A stretch of DNA of 56,470 bases. Source: Candidatus Kaiserbacteria bacterium (GTDB taxonomy: Bacteria > Patescibacteriota > Minisyncoccia > Phycocordibacterales > Phycocordibacteraceae). Below, in pieces: positions 55,116 to 56,470 of the stretch. The position numbers and the translations under genes were made by a program. The notes beneath the pieces are model-generated. The model saw nothing but the letters and a program-made list of their open reading frames with translations, was not told the origin of the DNA and did no database searches. The DNA is taken from assembly GCA_016217905.1 (NCBI GenBank), contig JACRFL010000012.1, positions 1-56,470 of the forward strand, given 5' to 3'. The first letter of the stretch is position 1. Each line of letters begins with the position of its first letter.

Positions 55116-55625
55116 TCACCGCAAACAGCTGACGGTAGCGGTCGTATCCGCGTGAGTGAGCGGAAGCGTGGTCTTGGCGACGACGATGACCTGGTAGGGA
55201 GCGGTGAGAGATTGCGCGAGGAGACAGCTGCCGCCCGGCTCGGTGAGCGTCAGGGTGACAGTGCGAATCTCTTCGTCCGCAACTTCGGTGACCGCGATTG
55301 CGTACCCGACCGTCGGCTTCGTGCCGGCGAAAACGGCAATGACGTCGTTTTGGGCGAAGTCGACGGTTGGCGTCTGTCCGGCCGTATCGATCATCTTCCA
55401 CAGTTCGCGCAACTGGTCGGGAGAGGTGATGAGATAATTGGTGCGCCTGGTCACGGTTGATTGTGATCCGTGGGCAAGTTCTGAGAATGGGACAGTGACG
55501 AGGGGCGTGAGGTTATACGGTCCGTCATCGCTGGGAGTGACGCGTGTGCCGCGAACAAAGAACACGGCTCCGATGAGCACTATGGCAAGCGCCGTGCCGA
55601 TCCAAATGACAAACTCTTTCCGCAT
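55116..55625 (-). CDS. Membrane-anchored protein, possibly PrcB_C-domain (protease complex subunit-like)
   Basis: N-terminal TM helix FVIWIGTALAIVLIGAVFFV. The C-terminal VIAVFAGTKPTVGYAIAVTEV...VTLTLTEPG pattern resembles PrcB_C (from memory). Confidence 0.45.
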   Translation of the reverse strand: MRKEFVIWIGTALAIVLIGAVFFVRGTRVTPSDDGPYNLTPLVTVPFSELAHGSQSTVTRRTNYLITSPDQLRELWKMIDTAGQTPTVDFAQNDVIAVFAGTKPTVGYAIAVTEVADEEIRTVTLTLTEPGGSCLLAQSLTAPYQVIVVAKTTLPLTHADTTATVSCLR

Positions 55626-55686
55626 AGCTCTAGTATAGACGCGCCGTGCCGCTGCCGTCCAACGCCGTGGGTATAACAGACGAATG

Positions 55687-55762
55687 TGGTGCGAGCGGAA
55701 GGAGTCGAACCTTCGACCTGCCGCGTATCAGGCGGATGCTCTACCAACTGAGCTACGCTCGC
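55687..55762 (-). tRNA. tRNA-Ile (anticodon GAU), CCA encoded
   Basis: The reverse complement folds as GCGAGCG-TA-GCTC-AGTTGGTA-GAGC-A-TCCGC-CTGATAC-GCGGC-AGGTC-GAAGG-TTCGACT-CCTTC-CGCTCGC-ACCA. Confidence 0.85.
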
Positions 55763-55823
55763 ATCATATTGAACTTTTTGATAGTACCAAGAATTCGTTT
55801 GAGTTTCCACCTCAAACAAGGAT

Positions 55824-55875
55824 GCGCACACACATACGAAAAAGCCCGCAGGGGCTTTTTCGTATGTGTGTGCGC
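55824..55875. repeat. Perfect 24-bp inverted repeat (hairpin, 4-nt loop) in the 16S-tRNA spacer
   Basis: GCGCACACACATACGAAAAAGCCC gcag GGGCTTTTTCGTATGTGTGTGCGC. I checked every base pair. Confidence 0.9.
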
Positions 55876-56043
55876 TCTTTTGTTCCGCCTATTCTGTCCC
55901 GCTTGAGAGCTCATATGCGGCTCTCAAACGACATCGGGTTACGTTATCCGACTTCCGAGTACCGTTTAGAGACGAGTACTATCCCTCCTGATTCTTGCGA
56001 ACCAGATCGACATGATGCGCCTTTCGGGCAACATCGGTTCCAA

Positions 56044-56470
56044 TTTGGATATGTTCCACGAACAGCTTCCGCTACCCGTGCCTTGTTACGACTTAGTCCT
56101 TGTCACTGAATTTGCCGTAGTCCTGCGCAAGGCAGACCTTCGGGCACCCCCAGCTCCCTTGACTTGACGGGCGGTGAGTACAAGACTCGAGAACGTATTC
56201 ACCGCGGTTTAGCTGACCCGCGATTACTAGCAATTCCGGCTTCATGAGGTCGGTTGCAGACCTCAATCCGTACTGGGGGCGGTTTTATAAGGATTAGCTC
56301 CGCCTTACGGCATTGCAACCCGTTGTACCGCCCATTGTATTATGCGTGCAGCCCAAGGTATCAGAGGGACATGCTGATCTGGCGTCATCCCCACCTTCCT
56401 CTCCCGTGAGGGAGCAGTCTCGCCTGGCCATATAGGCAACAGACAACGGGGGTTGCGTTCGTTACCCCAC
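56044..56470 (-). rRNA. 16S rRNA, 3' terminal ~427 nt (5' part lies beyond the window)
   Basis: The reverse complement contains GCAACCC, GGAAGGTGGGGATGACG, CTTGTACTCACCGCCCGTC and AAGTCGTAACAAGG, plus helix 45 with a GGAA loop. I placed the 3' end by eye against E. coli. Confidence 0.85.

Noticed and set aside
55580-56109. Track ORFs 55580..55831 -, 55646..55906 + and 55684..56109 +
   Set aside because: They overlap the tRNA-Ile, the structured spacer and the 16S 3' end, so they are not coding.
56044-56470. Insertion or intron in the visible part of the 16S gene (reported for some CPR lineages)
   Set aside because: The segment from the GCAACCC block to the 3' end is about 427 nt, close to the ~445 nt of E. 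coli. No extra sequence is visible in this portion. The 5' 1.1 kb lies outside the window.

Overview
The window is GC-rich (sampled lines over 60% G+C) with lower-GC islets and very tight gene packing. Overlapping stop/start codons are common, and divergent start codons lie as little as 26-38 nt apart. Gene content and the divergent 16S 3' end suggest an uncultivated, possibly CPR/Patescibacteria-like bacterium; that placement is inference only. From left to right: (1) two adjacent minus-strand genes put an excisionase/MerR-like HTH in front of a transmembrane helix. One of them is an ORF of at least 890 codons that runs off the left edge and is missing from the supplied track. It ends in tail-fibre-like Gly/Thr repeats. 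(2) A 0.7 kb AT-rich non-coding spacer. (3) Housekeeping genes gatB, obg, secA and murB, plus a 26-codon Lys/Arg-rich micro-ORF. (4) A glycoconjugate super-locus of about 35 kb (13.8-48.3 kb). It holds a Wzx-like flippase, about 11 GT2/GT4/GT9/GT-A transferases, two GT-C-like membrane transferases, a polyprenol-phosphate sugar synthase fused to GtrA, five methyltransferases (one frameshifted) and a deacetylase. It also holds rfbB, a His-for-Lys sugar 3-dehydratase, four SDR epimerases/dehydratases, two truncated Ugd-like paralogs, a heptose-7-P kinase, an APH-like kinase and an IMPase. An O-antigen-ligase-like TPR protein sits just upstream of it. (5) A VirD4/TraD-like ATPase is co-transcribed with a frameshifted LTD-PKD surface protein. 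(6) rsmI, murC, murD and a PrcB-like protein. (7) tRNA-Ile(GAU) and the 3' 427 nt of a 16S rRNA, with no 23S downstream in this window. The most notable cross-cutting signal concerns translation initiation. The 16S 3' tail reads CAUAUCC where CACCUCC is expected, and many start codons sit 6-9 nt after a -10-like hexamer, which suggests leaderless-type initiation. No CRISPR array, transposase, integrase or recognisable defence system was seen.
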